Shown: positions 21,075 to 30,641, numbered from the stretch's first letter. The stretch: 64,000 bases of DNA from Lachnospiraceae bacterium (GCA_021770785.1 JAETQH010000020.1:3101-67100), one strand, 5' to 3'. Numbers and translations: made by a program. Notes: a model not told the origin generated them from the sequence alone.

Positions 21075-21917
21075 TTAAAGACTTTGGCGGAAGTCCTTGG
21101 GGGCTTCTCCAAAGTTTTTTTTGTATGCCCGTGAAAAAGTAGAGTAATTTTTAAAGCCGCAGGCATAGCACACCTCCGTAATAGGCATTCCCTCTGCTAT
21201 CAGTTTCTTTGCCAGAAGAAGGCGCTTGGTGGAGAGGTAATTCCCAATGGTATATCCGGTCTGGTCTTTAAAAGCGTGCATCAGGTAGGAGCGGCTGAGA
21301 AAGAACCGGGCGGAGAGACTGTCGATGGAGATGTCCTCCGTCAAATGCCCGTTTAAGTAATCTAAAACAGCCACAATTTTTTCGTCCGAAGGGGAATTTC
21401 CAATAAAAGTAATACCGTTGTGCAGCGCCGCACGGTTTAACTGTATCATAAATTCCAGAAACAAAAGCTCCCGGTGGAGACTGTTGGCATAATCCGCATC
21501 ATTTAAGGAGCTGTCAAGCGCCCGAATGGCGGAATCTAATTTCCCACTTCGTGTATTCTGAAACCGCAGCACATGGGACTGTTCCGCCGCAGCCCGCCGG
21601 ATACAAAGCCCCAGGTCATTCTCCGGCGTTTCATAGTTGGAAAGAAAATCCGGTGACACATAAATAATAATCCTCTCGTAAATCCCATCCGAGTTAATAA
21701 TAGGACGATGCACCTCTCCGGAGCTCACCAGCACAATATCATTAGGAAGAAGCTCATAAGAGCGCCCCTCAATGCAATAAGTAATATCGCCGTTCAGCAA
21801 AATTAATATTTTATGAAAATCATGATAATGATAGGAAAAATCTTTCCTGTCACTATCCCTCAAATGAAACATCTTAAACCGGGTATTAAGATACCCCGCA
21901 TTTTTATATTCCGGCAT
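21075..21917 (-). CDS. AraC-family regulator (cupin + HTH)
   Basis: HYHDFH cupin; C-terminal CGFKNYSTFSRAYKKNFG. Confidence 0.93.
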   Translation of the reverse strand: MPEYKNAGYLNTRFKMFHLRDSDRKDFSYHYHDFHKILILLNGDITYCIEGRSYELLPNDIVLVSSGEVHRPIINSDGIYERIIIYVSPDFLSNYETPENDLGLCIRRAAAEQSHVLRFQNTRSGKLDSAIRALDSSLNDADYANSLHRELLFLEFMIQLNRAALHNGITFIGNSPSDEKIVAVLDYLNGHLTEDISIDSLSARFFLSRSYLMHAFKDQTGYTIGNYLSTKRLLLAKKLIAEGMPITEVCYACGFKNYSTFSRAYKKNFGEAPKDFRQSL

Positions 21918-22183
21918 AACGCCCTCCAGTCAAAATTGCCATAGTTTCCAGACAACCAATGCTTGCATGAAAATGAAGCGTAGGACAGTCTTTTTTTAGA
22001 TACTCGAATCCTAAAATGGATACGTTTTCACTATAATACATTTTTCACGTAAATACCAGAATCAAAAATCCAGTTGTATCTATCGCCCTCCCAAATACGT
22101 TCACCCAAAATGATATCGTATATTCTGGAAACACCCTTTCTAATAATACAAATGATGTTGCTTGAGGGGGTGCCAAAAAAACA

Positions 22184-22334
22184 GATAGGAATCATCCTGG
22201 GGTACAGACAGACCCTTCAGGTAACGCCGGTGCTTAGCGAGGTACTTTCGGCGGATTTATACGCCTGCTTAGCATCCGCTGCGTTGCCTGTGGAGCGAGA
22301 GCGTGTCTGCCTGTGCCCCAGGATGATTCCTATC
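22184..22334. repeat. 151-bp rod-like palindromic element
   Basis: GATAGGAATCATCCTGGGGTACAGACAGAC ... GTCTGCCTGTGCCCCAGGATGATTCCTATC with nested inner stems. Confidence 0.8.
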
Positions 22335-22524
22335 GTCCCTTTCCGCAATCCCCACCCCTTCCAAACAACAAAAAGCACTTTTTGCAATATAAACAACACT
22401 AAACGAGTATATATTTTAAAAAGTGTCCTATATAATAGAATTATAAAAATGGAAAAGCAGTAAAACACTGCCACGGCTTACAGAAACAAAAACAGGCGGA
22501 AGTTCCCGCGGAAATGAGGATAAT

Positions 22525-23706
22525 ATGAAGAATTTCAGCAATTACAACGATTACAGTACAAAGGAAGAACTGCATTTTGAATCCAAGGCAGTTCACGGCG
22601 CATTAGGCACAGAGCCTTTGACCGGAGCAGTCAGTATGCCGATTTTTCAGGCGGCAACCTTTCGCCACCCGGAATTAGGACAGTCCACAGGCTTTGCATA
22701 CAGCCGTCTCGAAAACCCCACCAGACAGGAGTTAGAGCGTACCATGGCAATTTTAGAGGGCGGCATCAAGGGCTTTGCTTTTTCCAGCGGACAGGCAGCC
22801 AACATGGCAGTATTTTCCCTGCTAAACCCGGGAGAACATGTCATTTTATCCGATGATATTTACGGCGGAACCTTCCGTATTATCGGAGATGTTTTCGGGA
22901 AATATGGTATTGAGCACACTTATGTGGATATGTCCGAGCCAGAGGAAGTGAAGGCGGCAATTAAACCGAACACAAAGATGTTTTTCGTGGAGACACCTAC
23001 CAACCCCATGATGAAGGTGGCGGACATTCAGGCGATTTCTGAGATTGCAAAGAGTGTAGGAGCCCTTACGGTAGTAGATAATACCTTCCTGACTCCTTAT
23101 TTCCAGAAACCGCTGCAGCTAGGGGCAGATATCGTGACCCACAGCTCCACCAAATATTTAGGCGGACACAACGACACCATTTCCGGAATTGTGGTCGTAA
23201 AGGATAATCAGGAGATTGCGGATAAAATCCATATTCATATCAAATCCCACGGCAGCCAGTTAGCGCCTTTAGACAGCTGGCTGGTGCTCCGTGGCATTAA
23301 GACCCTGGCAGTCCGTATGGACAGACATAACGAAAATGCACAGAAGGTAGCGGCATGGCTCAGAACCCAGCCCAAGGTGAAAAAGGTGTATTATGTGGGC
23401 TTTGAGGATCACAAGGATTATGCCATTACGAAAAAACAGACCACGGGCTTTGGCGGAATGATTTCCTTTACGGTGGACAGCTTTGAGACGGTGCAGAGGA
23501 TTCTGAAAAATGTGGATATGATTATGTTTGCCGAGAGCCTTGGCGGAACAGAGACATTGATTACTTACCCCACCACCCAGACCCACGAAGATACGCCGAA
23601 GGATGTGAAGGAGAAGCTGGGTATCACAGATTCCTTCCTGCGTATGTCTGTGGGAATCGAGAATGCAGAGGATATTATCGCTGATTTAGAGCGTGCCATT
23701 GGATAG
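22525..23706 (+). CDS. Cys/Met-metabolism PLP enzyme, MetI/MetB-like cystathionine gamma-synthase
   Basis: YSRLENPT, ETPTNP, DNTF, HSSTKYLGGH PLP lysine, AESLGG; FRHPELGQSTGF and ITYPTTQTH resemble MetI. Confidence 0.88.
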   Translation: MKNFSNYNDYSTKEELHFESKAVHGALGTEPLTGAVSMPIFQAATFRHPELGQSTGFAYSRLENPTRQELERTMAILEGGIKGFAFSSGQAANMAVFSLLNPGEHVILSDDIYGGTFRIIGDVFGKYGIEHTYVDMSEPEEVKAAIKPNTKMFFVETPTNPMMKVADIQAISEIAKSVGALTVVDNTFLTPYFQKPLQLGADIVTHSSTKYLGGHNDTISGIVVVKDNQEIADKIHIHIKSHGSQLAPLDSWLVLRGIKTLAVRMDRHNENAQKVAAWLRTQPKVKKVYYVGFEDHKDYAITKKQTTGFGGMISFTVDSFETVQRILKNVDMIMFAESLGGTETLITYPTTQTHEDTPKDVKEKLGITDSFLRMSVGIENAEDIIADLERAIG

Positions 23707-23721
23707 AGAGGAACTACAGAG

Positions 23722-24579
23722 ATGAAATTTACAAAAATGCAGGCATTCGGCAACGATTATGTCTATATAGATGCGATCCATCAGGAACTGAACCATTTGC
23801 CCGAACTGGCACGGTTTGTCAGCGACCGCCATTTTGCCATCGGCTCGGACGGCATGGTATTAATCTGTCCGTCAGAGAAAGGCGATTTCAGGATGCGGAT
23901 GTTTAACCCGGACGGCACAGAGGGGGAGATGTGCGGCAATGCCCTCCGCAGTGTGGGAAAATATGTCTATGACCACAGGCTTACGGATAAAACGGAGCTT
24001 GTCATCGAAACCCTGGGGGGAATGCAGCATTTAAAGCTGACGGTGACGGATGGGCTGGTTTCTAATATCTGTGCGGATATCGGGGAGCCAAGGCTTTCTG
24101 CTAAGGTGATTCCGGTTTTGACAGAGCTAGAGGAGTTTGTGGAACAGCCTGTGGGGGTGCTTGACCGCACCTTCCACATTACGGCAGTTTCCTGGGGGAA
24201 TCCCCACTGTGCCATGTACGTGGATTCCGTGGCGGAGCTTGATGTGGAAAAATACGGAAAAACCATTGAATATATGACCTCTGTCTTCCCCAATAAAACC
24301 AATGTGACCTTTGCAGAATTTGTAAAGCGTGATTATATCAAAATCCGGGAGTGGGAGCGCGGCACGGGGGAAACCATCGGCTGCGGTACGGGCTGTGCCA
24401 CTGCGGTGGTGGCAGGCGTGCTGACGGGACGCTGTGACAGAAAGGTGACAGTGGAGCAGATTGGCGGCCCGCTGCTGATTGAGTGGGACGAAAAGACGAA
24501 TCACCTGTTTATGACAGGACCGTCCCATACGGTATTTGAGGCGGAGATTGATGCTTCCCATATTTTGGGTGTAAAATGA
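23722..24579 (+). CDS. dapF: Diaminopimelate epimerase family protein
   Basis: GNDY, DG..EMCGN, GNPH, ERGTGET.GCGTG with both catalytic cysteines. Confidence 0.92.
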   Translation: MKFTKMQAFGNDYVYIDAIHQELNHLPELARFVSDRHFAIGSDGMVLICPSEKGDFRMRMFNPDGTEGEMCGNALRSVGKYVYDHRLTDKTELVIETLGGMQHLKLTVTDGLVSNICADIGEPRLSAKVIPVLTELEEFVEQPVGVLDRTFHITAVSWGNPHCAMYVDSVAELDVEKYGKTIEYMTSVFPNKTNVTFAEFVKRDYIKIREWERGTGETIGCGTGCATAVVAGVLTGRCDRKVTVEQIGGPLLIEWDEKTNHLFMTGPSHTVFEAEIDASHILGVK

Positions 24580-24692
24580 TGTGGTTGGCAGAAACTGATA
24601 AATAATGGAAGGCTGCATATAGTAAAATGCGGTCGTAAGAAAGAAATACGATGCCGGGAAAACAGAAGATTTCCGGCAGAAATGAGGAAAAA

Positions 24693-26261
24693 ATGAAATT
24701 AAGCCAGATTTGCCGGGAAGTGGAGTATCGGTGTCTGAAAGGAAGCATGGATACCGAGGTGCGGGATATCATTTATGATTCCAGAAAAATAGCAAAAGAG
24801 ACAATGTTTGTCTGCATGGTGGGAGCAGTCACCGACGGACACAAGTATATTCCGGATGCCATCGAAAAGGGGGCATCCGTTATTGTGGTTGAGAGGGAAG
24901 AAGAGGCGGCGCAGATTCCGGAAAGTATCACCGTTTTACAGGTAAAGAGCACAAGGCTTGCCTTAGCCCTGATGTCGGCGGCGCTTTTCGATTATCCGGC
25001 GAGGAAGCTGATTACCATCGGGCTCACCGGAACCAAGGGAAAAACCACCACCACCTATATGATAAAAAATGTTCTGGAGATGGCGGGGAAAAAGGTGGGG
25101 CTGATCGGAACCATAGGCGCATTAATCGGAGAAGAAAAAATCCCGTCCAAAAACACGACACCGGAATCCTATGAGCTGCACCGGATGTTTGCTGCCATGG
25201 TGGAATCAGGCTGTGAGTATGTGGTAATGGAGGTTTCTTCCCAGGGGCTTAAGATGGACCGCACGGCGGGAATTATGTTTGATTACGGTGTGTTTACCAA
25301 CCTTTCTCCGGATCATATCGGTCCCACGGAGCACGAGTCCTTTGAGGAATATTTACAGTGTAAAAGCATGTTGTTCCGCCAGTGTAAAAAGGCAATTGTG
25401 AATGGGGATGACATGCACAGTGAAGAAGTGTTAAAAGGGCATACCTGTGAGGTATACAGCTTTGCCACGGCAGGAGAGACAGCCGAACCGACGGAAAGTG
25501 CCCGGGCAGGGGAAACAACAGAAACTGCCGGGGCAGCTTCGGAAAAATATTTTCTGGGGAAAAAAGTGGACTTGCTGGCATCGGATATTGGATTCATCAA
25601 AGAAAACGGCAAACTTGGCATGGATTTTAAAGTGACAGGAGTTATGGAATGTGAGGCGAAGGTGCACATTCCCGGCAGATTTTCTGTGTATAATTCTCTG
25701 GTGACTATGTTAGTCTGCCATTTGGCGGGAATTGACAACCGGGCAATTTTAGAGGGTCTGGAGAAAGTACAGGTCAAGGGAAGGGTGGAAATGCTTCCGG
25801 TGTCAAAGGACTACTACCTGATTATTGACTACGCCCATAACGAAGTCAGCACCAGAAGCGTTCTTACCACGTTATTGGAGTATCATCCCAAGCGCCTGAT
25901 TTGCGTCTACGGCGGCGGCGGCAACCGTTCGAAACTCCGCAGATACGATATGGGGGAAGTGACGGGGGAGATGGCGGATTTATGCGTTCTGACCTGTGAT
26001 AATCCCAGGGATGAGGAAATTAAGGATATTAATAACGATATTAAAATTGGTCTGGCAAAGAGCGACGGCAAGTACATTGAAATCGAGGACAGAAAAGAGG
26101 CAATCGCCTACTGTATCACCAATGCAAAGCCGGGAGACATGATTGTACTGTTAGGAAAAGGCCATGAGGATTACCAGGAAATTAAGGGGGTAAAATATCA
26201 CTTTGACGAGCGGGAGGCAGTGGCAGAGATTTTAGACGAAATCAAAGAAGGAAAACGATAA
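24693..26261 (+). CDS. murE: MurE-type UDP-MurNAc-dipeptide--diamino acid ligase
   Basis: TGTKGKTTT, NTTP, MEVSS, DYAHN, DNPR, GKGHEDYQ; ATG 24693 behind a GAGG RBS. Confidence 0.93.
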   Translation: MKLSQICREVEYRCLKGSMDTEVRDIIYDSRKIAKETMFVCMVGAVTDGHKYIPDAIEKGASVIVVEREEEAAQIPESITVLQVKSTRLALALMSAALFDYPARKLITIGLTGTKGKTTTTYMIKNVLEMAGKKVGLIGTIGALIGEEKIPSKNTTPESYELHRMFAAMVESGCEYVVMEVSSQGLKMDRTAGIMFDYGVFTNLSPDHIGPTEHESFEEYLQCKSMLFRQCKKAIVNGDDMHSEEVLKGHTCEVYSFATAGETAEPTESARAGETTETAGAASEKYFLGKKVDLLASDIGFIKENGKLGMDFKVTGVMECEAKVHIPGRFSVYNSLVTMLVCHLAGIDNRAILEGLEKVQVKGRVEMLPVSKDYYLIIDYAHNEVSTRSVLTTLLEYHPKRLICVYGGGGNRSKLRRYDMGEVTGEMADLCVLTCDNPRDEEIKDINNDIKIGLAKSDGKYIEIEDRKEAIAYCITNAKPGDMIVLLGKGHEDYQEIKGVKYHFDEREAVAEILDEIKEGKR

Positions 26262-26268
26262 GAGGATC

Positions 26269-26290
26269 AGGGCTGCCGTCAGGCAGCCCT
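26269..26290 (+). terminator. Hairpin after murE
   Basis: AGGGCTGCC-GTCA-GGCAGCCCT; the U-tract position is occupied by the CTAG element. Confidence 0.55.
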
Positions 26291-26455
26291 AGTACAACGA
26301 ATATTAAGTAATTGGCAGTTTGACTGGCCTATTTTCCTGATAGCACTACTCCCCACGCCTCGACGCAGCCACTGCTACGTCTGCGTTTGTGAAGCAGCAC
26401 TCTCAGAAAAATATTCTGCGTCAAACTATCCAAAACTTAATTTTCGTTGTACTAG
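26289..26455. repeat. 167-bp MITE/REP-like element with CTAG ends
   Basis: CTAGTACAACGAATATTAAGT ... ACTTAATTTTCGTTGTACTAG with nested internal stems. Confidence 0.85.
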
Positions 26456-26501
26456 TTGGTGCAGAAAAAATTTTATTCAGTGGGAATAGACGGGGGGAAG
26501 C

Positions 26502-27263
26502 ATGTTAAATCAATTTTCAAGAACAGAATTGCTGTTAGGAAAAGAAGCCATGAAAAAGCTGGAAAATGCCAGGGTGGCAGTCTTTGGTGTTGGCGGAGTG
26601 GGAGGTTATGTCGTGGAGGCGCTGGTACGCAGCGGAGTGGGAACGATTGATATTATTGATGATGACAAGGTTTGTCTCACCAATCTGAACCGTCAGATTA
26701 TCGCCACCGGAAAAACCGTAGGGCGCTATAAGGTGGAGGTAATGAAGGAGAGGATTTTGGAAATCAATCCCAATGCGGTGGTGCATACCCACCAGTGCTT
26801 TTTCCTGCCGGAAAACAGTGACAGTTTTGATTTTTCCCGGTATTCCTATGTGGTGGATGCAGTGGACACTGTGACAGCAAAAATCGCCCTGGTAATGAAA
26901 GCACAGGAGGCTGGCGTTCCCATCATCAGCAGCATGGGAGCCGGAAATAAATTAAATCCCGCAGCCTTTGAGGTGGCGGATATTTATAAAACCTCGGTCT
27001 GTCCCTTAGCAAAGGTGATGCGCCGGGAATTAAAAAAACGGGGCGTGAAGAAATTAAAGGTGGTTTATTCGAAGGAAGAGCCGCTGACACCGAAGGAGGA
27101 CATAGAAAACAGCTGCCGGGAAAATTGTATCTGTCCGCCGGAAGCGGGGCATAAGTGCACGGAGCGCCGGGCAATTCCCGGCTCCGTAGCTTTTGTGCCT
27201 TCTGTGGCAGGACTGATTATCGCCGGTGAAGTCGTAAAGGATTTAACGGATGTGGTGAAATAA
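26502..27263 (+). CDS. tcdA: tRNA threonylcarbamoyladenosine dehydratase (ThiF/E1-like)
   Basis: GVGGVG, TNLNRQ, SSMGAG, CPLAKVMRREL, GSVAFVP. Confidence 0.88.
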   Translation: MLNQFSRTELLLGKEAMKKLENARVAVFGVGGVGGYVVEALVRSGVGTIDIIDDDKVCLTNLNRQIIATGKTVGRYKVEVMKERILEINPNAVVHTHQCFFLPENSDSFDFSRYSYVVDAVDTVTAKIALVMKAQEAGVPIISSMGAGNKLNPAAFEVADIYKTSVCPLAKVMRRELKKRGVKKLKVVYSKEEPLTPKEDIENSCRENCICPPEAGHKCTERRAIPGSVAFVPSVAGLIIAGEVVKDLTDVVK

Positions 27264-27275
27264 ATACAGAGGAAA

Positions 27276-27331
27276 AACGGAATATCCCCCAGCCTGACGT
27301 TTGCAGCCGCCAGACTGGGGGATATTCCGTT
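27276..27331. terminator. Bidirectional-type hairpin (U-tract on the minus strand)
   Basis: AACGGAATATCCCCCAG ... CTGGGGGATATTCCGTT. Confidence 0.75.
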
Positions 27332-27491
27332 AAGAAGAAGGGTTAAAAGTAATCCTGATTGAGAATAGGGGATAGCTCCCCTAAACGCAAACAGCCATGG
27401 AACAAGCTTCCTGACTATTTTTATTATGCAACAGATTCTCGGGAAAATCCAGTGAACATATTGTAAATTTTTTGTTTCATCGGAAAACATC

Positions 27492-27544
27492 TTGACAAAT
27501 GCATCATATAATATTATATTAATCCTATCAAAAAACTAGGAAAT
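27492..27544 (+). promoter_or_regulatory. Promoter and putative Rrf2/CymR-type operator of the amino-acid ABC operon
   Basis: TTGACA at 27492, AT-rich -10 region, dyad TCCTA-N9-TAGGA (27523-27541); regulator identity is inferred. Confidence 0.45.
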
Positions 27545-27569
27545 AAAACATGCACAGATGGAGGAAGTT

Positions 27570-28250
27570 ATGGACATTGAATTTATCAGGGAGAATATCC
27601 CGTTCTATGTGGAAGCAGCATTTTTGACTGCCCGGATAGCGCTGACAGGAATACTGTTTTCGGCGGGGATTGGATTTGTCTGTTGTATCATCCGGGAACT
27701 GCGTATTTCGGTGCTAAAACAGATAACGGCGGCTTACATCGAATTGTCGAGAAATACGCCGCTGCTGGTGCAGTTGTTTTTTCTGTATTTCGGGCTGCCG
27801 AGGATTGGGATTGTGCTAAGCTCCGAGACCTGTGCCATCATTGGTCTGGCATTTTTAGGGGGAAGTTATATGGCGGAAGCCTTCCGCTCCGGTTTAGAGG
27901 CGGTTCCGAAGAGCCAGACAGAGTCGGCAATGAGCCTTGGCATGAAACGAATGCAGGTTTTTTTTCGTATTATATTGCCCCAGGCGGTGGCAACCTCTGT
28001 TCCGGTGTTTTGCGCCAACGTTATTTTCTTAATCAAGGAAACCTCCGTGTTTTCGGCGGTGGCGTTGGCAGATTTGGTATTTGTGGCAAAGGATTTAATC
28101 GGGATTTCCTATCGGACGGACGAGGCGCTGCTTATGCTGGTGGCGTCATATCTGGTACTGCTCCTTCCGGTTTCTGTCCTTTGTTCCTTGATAGAAAGGA
28201 GGGTGCGGTATGCAGAATTTGGGAATACAGGTATTGTTTCAGGGAACTAA
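27570..28250 (+). CDS. Polar amino acid ABC transporter permease
   Basis: RNTPLLVQLFFLYFGLP, EAA-like loop (ESAMSLGM), KETSV. Confidence 0.92.
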   Translation: MDIEFIRENIPFYVEAAFLTARIALTGILFSAGIGFVCCIIRELRISVLKQITAAYIELSRNTPLLVQLFFLYFGLPRIGIVLSSETCAIIGLAFLGGSYMAEAFRSGLEAVPKSQTESAMSLGMKRMQVFFRIILPQAVATSVPVFCANVIFLIKETSVFSAVALADLVFVAKDLIGISYRTDEALLMLVASYLVLLLPVSVLCSLIERRVRYAEFGNTGIVSGN

Positions 28251-28887
28251 TTTCCTGCGGCTGTTAGAGGGACTTTGAGTTTCCCTGCGGTTAGCGGTGG
28301 TTTCCATGGCGCTGTCTGTTGTTCTTGGCATCTTCCTTGGAATGCTTATGAACAGCAAAAAGAAATGGGTGCAGGCGGTGTGCCGTATCTATTTGGAGAT
28401 TGTGAGAATTATGCCTCAGCTGGTGCTGCTTTTTCTGGTGTATTTCGGGGCAGCAAAGCATTTGGGAATCAATTTGTCCGGCGAGGCATCTGCAATCATT
28501 GTATTTACTTTCTGGGGAACGGCGGAGATGGGGGATTTGGTGCGCAGCGCACTGATTTCCATTCCGAAACATCAGTATGAGTCGGGGTATGCGCTGGGAA
28601 TGACGGAGAAACAGGTGTTTTTCCAGATTATCATTCCCCAGACCGTAAGAAGGCTGCTGCCCTCCATGATGAATCTTCTGACCCGTATGGTTAAGACTAC
28701 TTCTCTGGTGGTGCTGATCGGTGTGGTGGAGGTGGTAAAAGTAGGAAAGCAGATCATTGACGCTTCCCGGTTTACCGCTCCTTCGGCGGCGTTTTGGGTT
28801 TATGGCATGATTTTTTTACTATATTTTGCAGTCTGCTTTCCCTTTTCAAGGGCGGCAGCAGTATTAGAGAGAAAGTTGAGGGCTTAG
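28210..28887 (+). pseudogene. Second ABC permease with an in-frame TGA at 28276-28278
   Basis: MQNLGIQVLFQGTNFLRLLEGL*VSLRLAVVSM continues in frame into the 28297 ORF. Confidence 0.75.
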
Positions 28888-28889
28888 AA

Positions 28890-29648
28890 TTGAAACAGAA
28901 AAATATTTTACAGGTGGAGCATTTGCAGAAGTCTTATGACTGTCATCTGGCGGTATTGAAGGATATTTCCTTTTCTATGGAAAAGGGGGAAGTGGTGGTG
29001 ATTGTGGGACCTTCCGGCTGCGGAAAAAGCACGTTTCTGCGGTGCATTAACCTTTTAGAGCCCATCAATGGGGGACAGATTTTGTTAGAGGGAAATGACA
29101 TCCGGAAGAATCCGAAGGAGGCTCCTGTGATACGTCAGAAAATCGGCATGGTGTTCCAAAGCTACGAGCTGTTTCCACATATGACAATTCTGGAAAATGT
29201 AGTGTTGGCTCCCTGCATGGTGCAAAAGAGGAAGAAGGGCGAGGTGGTTCAGGAGGCGGAAGTATTGTTAGAGCGGGTGGGATTGTCGGAAAAAAAGGGG
29301 GCTTACCCAAGGCAGCTGTCCGGCGGGCAGAAACAGCGTGTCGCCATCGTCCGTTCCCTTATCATGCACCCGGAATTGCTGCTGTTAGATGAAATCACGG
29401 CTGCCTTAGACCCGGAAATGGTGCGGGAAGTGCTGCAGGTGGTGTTAGAGTTGGCAAGGGACGGTATGACCATGCTGATTGTCACCCATGAAATGGAGTT
29501 TGCAAAAGCGGTAGCTGACAGGGTGATTTTCATGGACGGCGGAAGGATTGTGGAGGAAAGCTCCCCGGAGGAATTTTTCGGCTATCCGAAAAGTGACAGG
29601 GCAAAACAGTTTTTGAACACCTTTCATTATGAGGCGTTGGAAATATAA
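28890..29648 (+). CDS. Amino acid ABC transporter ATP-binding protein (GlnQ-like)
   Basis: [26 protein letters not shown]; TTG start at 28890 inferred. Confidence 0.93.
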   Translation: MKQKNILQVEHLQKSYDCHLAVLKDISFSMEKGEVVVIVGPSGCGKSTFLRCINLLEPINGGQILLEGNDIRKNPKEAPVIRQKIGMVFQSYELFPHMTILENVVLAPCMVQKRKKGEVVQEAEVLLERVGLSEKKGAYPRQLSGGQKQRVAIVRSLIMHPELLLLDEITAALDPEMVREVLQVVLELARDGMTMLIVTHEMEFAKAVADRVIFMDGGRIVEESSPEEFFGYPKSDRAKQFLNTFHYEALEI

Positions 29649-29685
29649 GGATTTACGCCGCAGAGGCGGCAGAATGGAGGAAATT

Positions 29686-30567
29686 ATGAAAAAAAGAGGA
29701 TTGGCAGCAATATTGGCAGGGATTTTAACGGTGGGCTTACTGGCAGGCTGCGGGAATGGCAGAAGTACCGCAAGGGCAGAGGCGGCAGGAGGTACGGCAG
29801 CGACGGCGGAGGCGAGAAGTTTAGAGGATATTAAGGCGGACGGTACCATAAAAATCGGGGTGTTTGGCGACAAGAATCCTTTTGGCTATGTGGATGAAAA
29901 CGGCGAGGTACAGGGGTATGACGTGTATTTTGCAAAACGGATTGCCAAAGATTTATTAGGCAGTGAGGATAACGTGGAGTTTGTCTATGTGGAGGCGGCA
30001 AGCAGGGTGGAGTATCTGCAGTCTGCCAAGGTGGATGTGATTTTGGCAAATTTCACCGTCACCGATGAGCGGGCGGAAAAAGTGGATTTTGCCCTGCCTT
30101 ATATGAAGGTGTCCTTAGGCATCGTGTCGCCGGAAAATGCACTGATTACCGATGCCGGGCAGTTAGAGGGCAAGACTTTAATTGTAGTAAAGGGAACCAC
30201 AGCAGAAACCTATTTTACCGAGAATTATCCGGAAGTAAATCTTTTAAAATTTGACGAGTATCAGGAGGCATACGGCGCACTGTTAGACGGCAGGGGAGAC
30301 GCTTTCTCCACCGACAATACGGAGGTTTTGGCATGGGCGAAACAGAATCCGGGGTTTGCGGTAGGGGTGGATGCTCTTGGAAATACCGACACCATCGCCC
30401 CTGCGGTGCAGAAGGGGAATACGGAGCTTCTGGATTGGCTCAATGAGGAAATCAAAAAGCTTGGGGAAGAGCAGTTTTTCCATGCAGATTTTGAAGAAAC
30501 GCTGAAACCTGTTTACGGGGCTGATGTGGATGCGGAAAGTCTGGTAGTGGAAGGCGGGGAACTGTAA
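29686..30567 (+). CDS. Cysteine-type amino acid-binding lipoprotein (CjaA-like)
   Basis: Lipobox LAGC; IGVFGDKNPFGYVD, ILANFT, PYMKV, KGTTA, EQFFH..ETLK match the recalled CjaA pattern. Confidence 0.85.
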   Translation: MKKRGLAAILAGILTVGLLAGCGNGRSTARAEAAGGTAATAEARSLEDIKADGTIKIGVFGDKNPFGYVDENGEVQGYDVYFAKRIAKDLLGSEDNVEFVYVEAASRVEYLQSAKVDVILANFTVTDERAEKVDFALPYMKVSLGIVSPENALITDAGQLEGKTLIVVKGTTAETYFTENYPEVNLLKFDEYQEAYGALLDGRGDAFSTDNTEVLAWAKQNPGFAVGVDALGNTDTIAPAVQKGNTELLDWLNEEIKKLGEEQFFHADFEETLKPVYGADVDAESLVVEGGEL

Positions 30568-30592
30568 AACAGAAGGAGAGATAAGGAAAATT

Positions 30593-30641
30593 TAGATAGC
30601 CGGGGGACACTTCGTGGAGGTGTCCTCCGGCTATCTATTTG
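30593..30641 (+). terminator. Intrinsic terminator
   Basis: TAGATAGCCGGGGGACAC ... GTGTCCTCCGGCTATCTA. Confidence 0.75.

Noticed and set aside
22184-22524. SAM riboswitch or T-box upstream of the MetI-like gene
   Set aside because: No S-box or T-box consensus seen, and the large hairpin lies upstream of the likely -10
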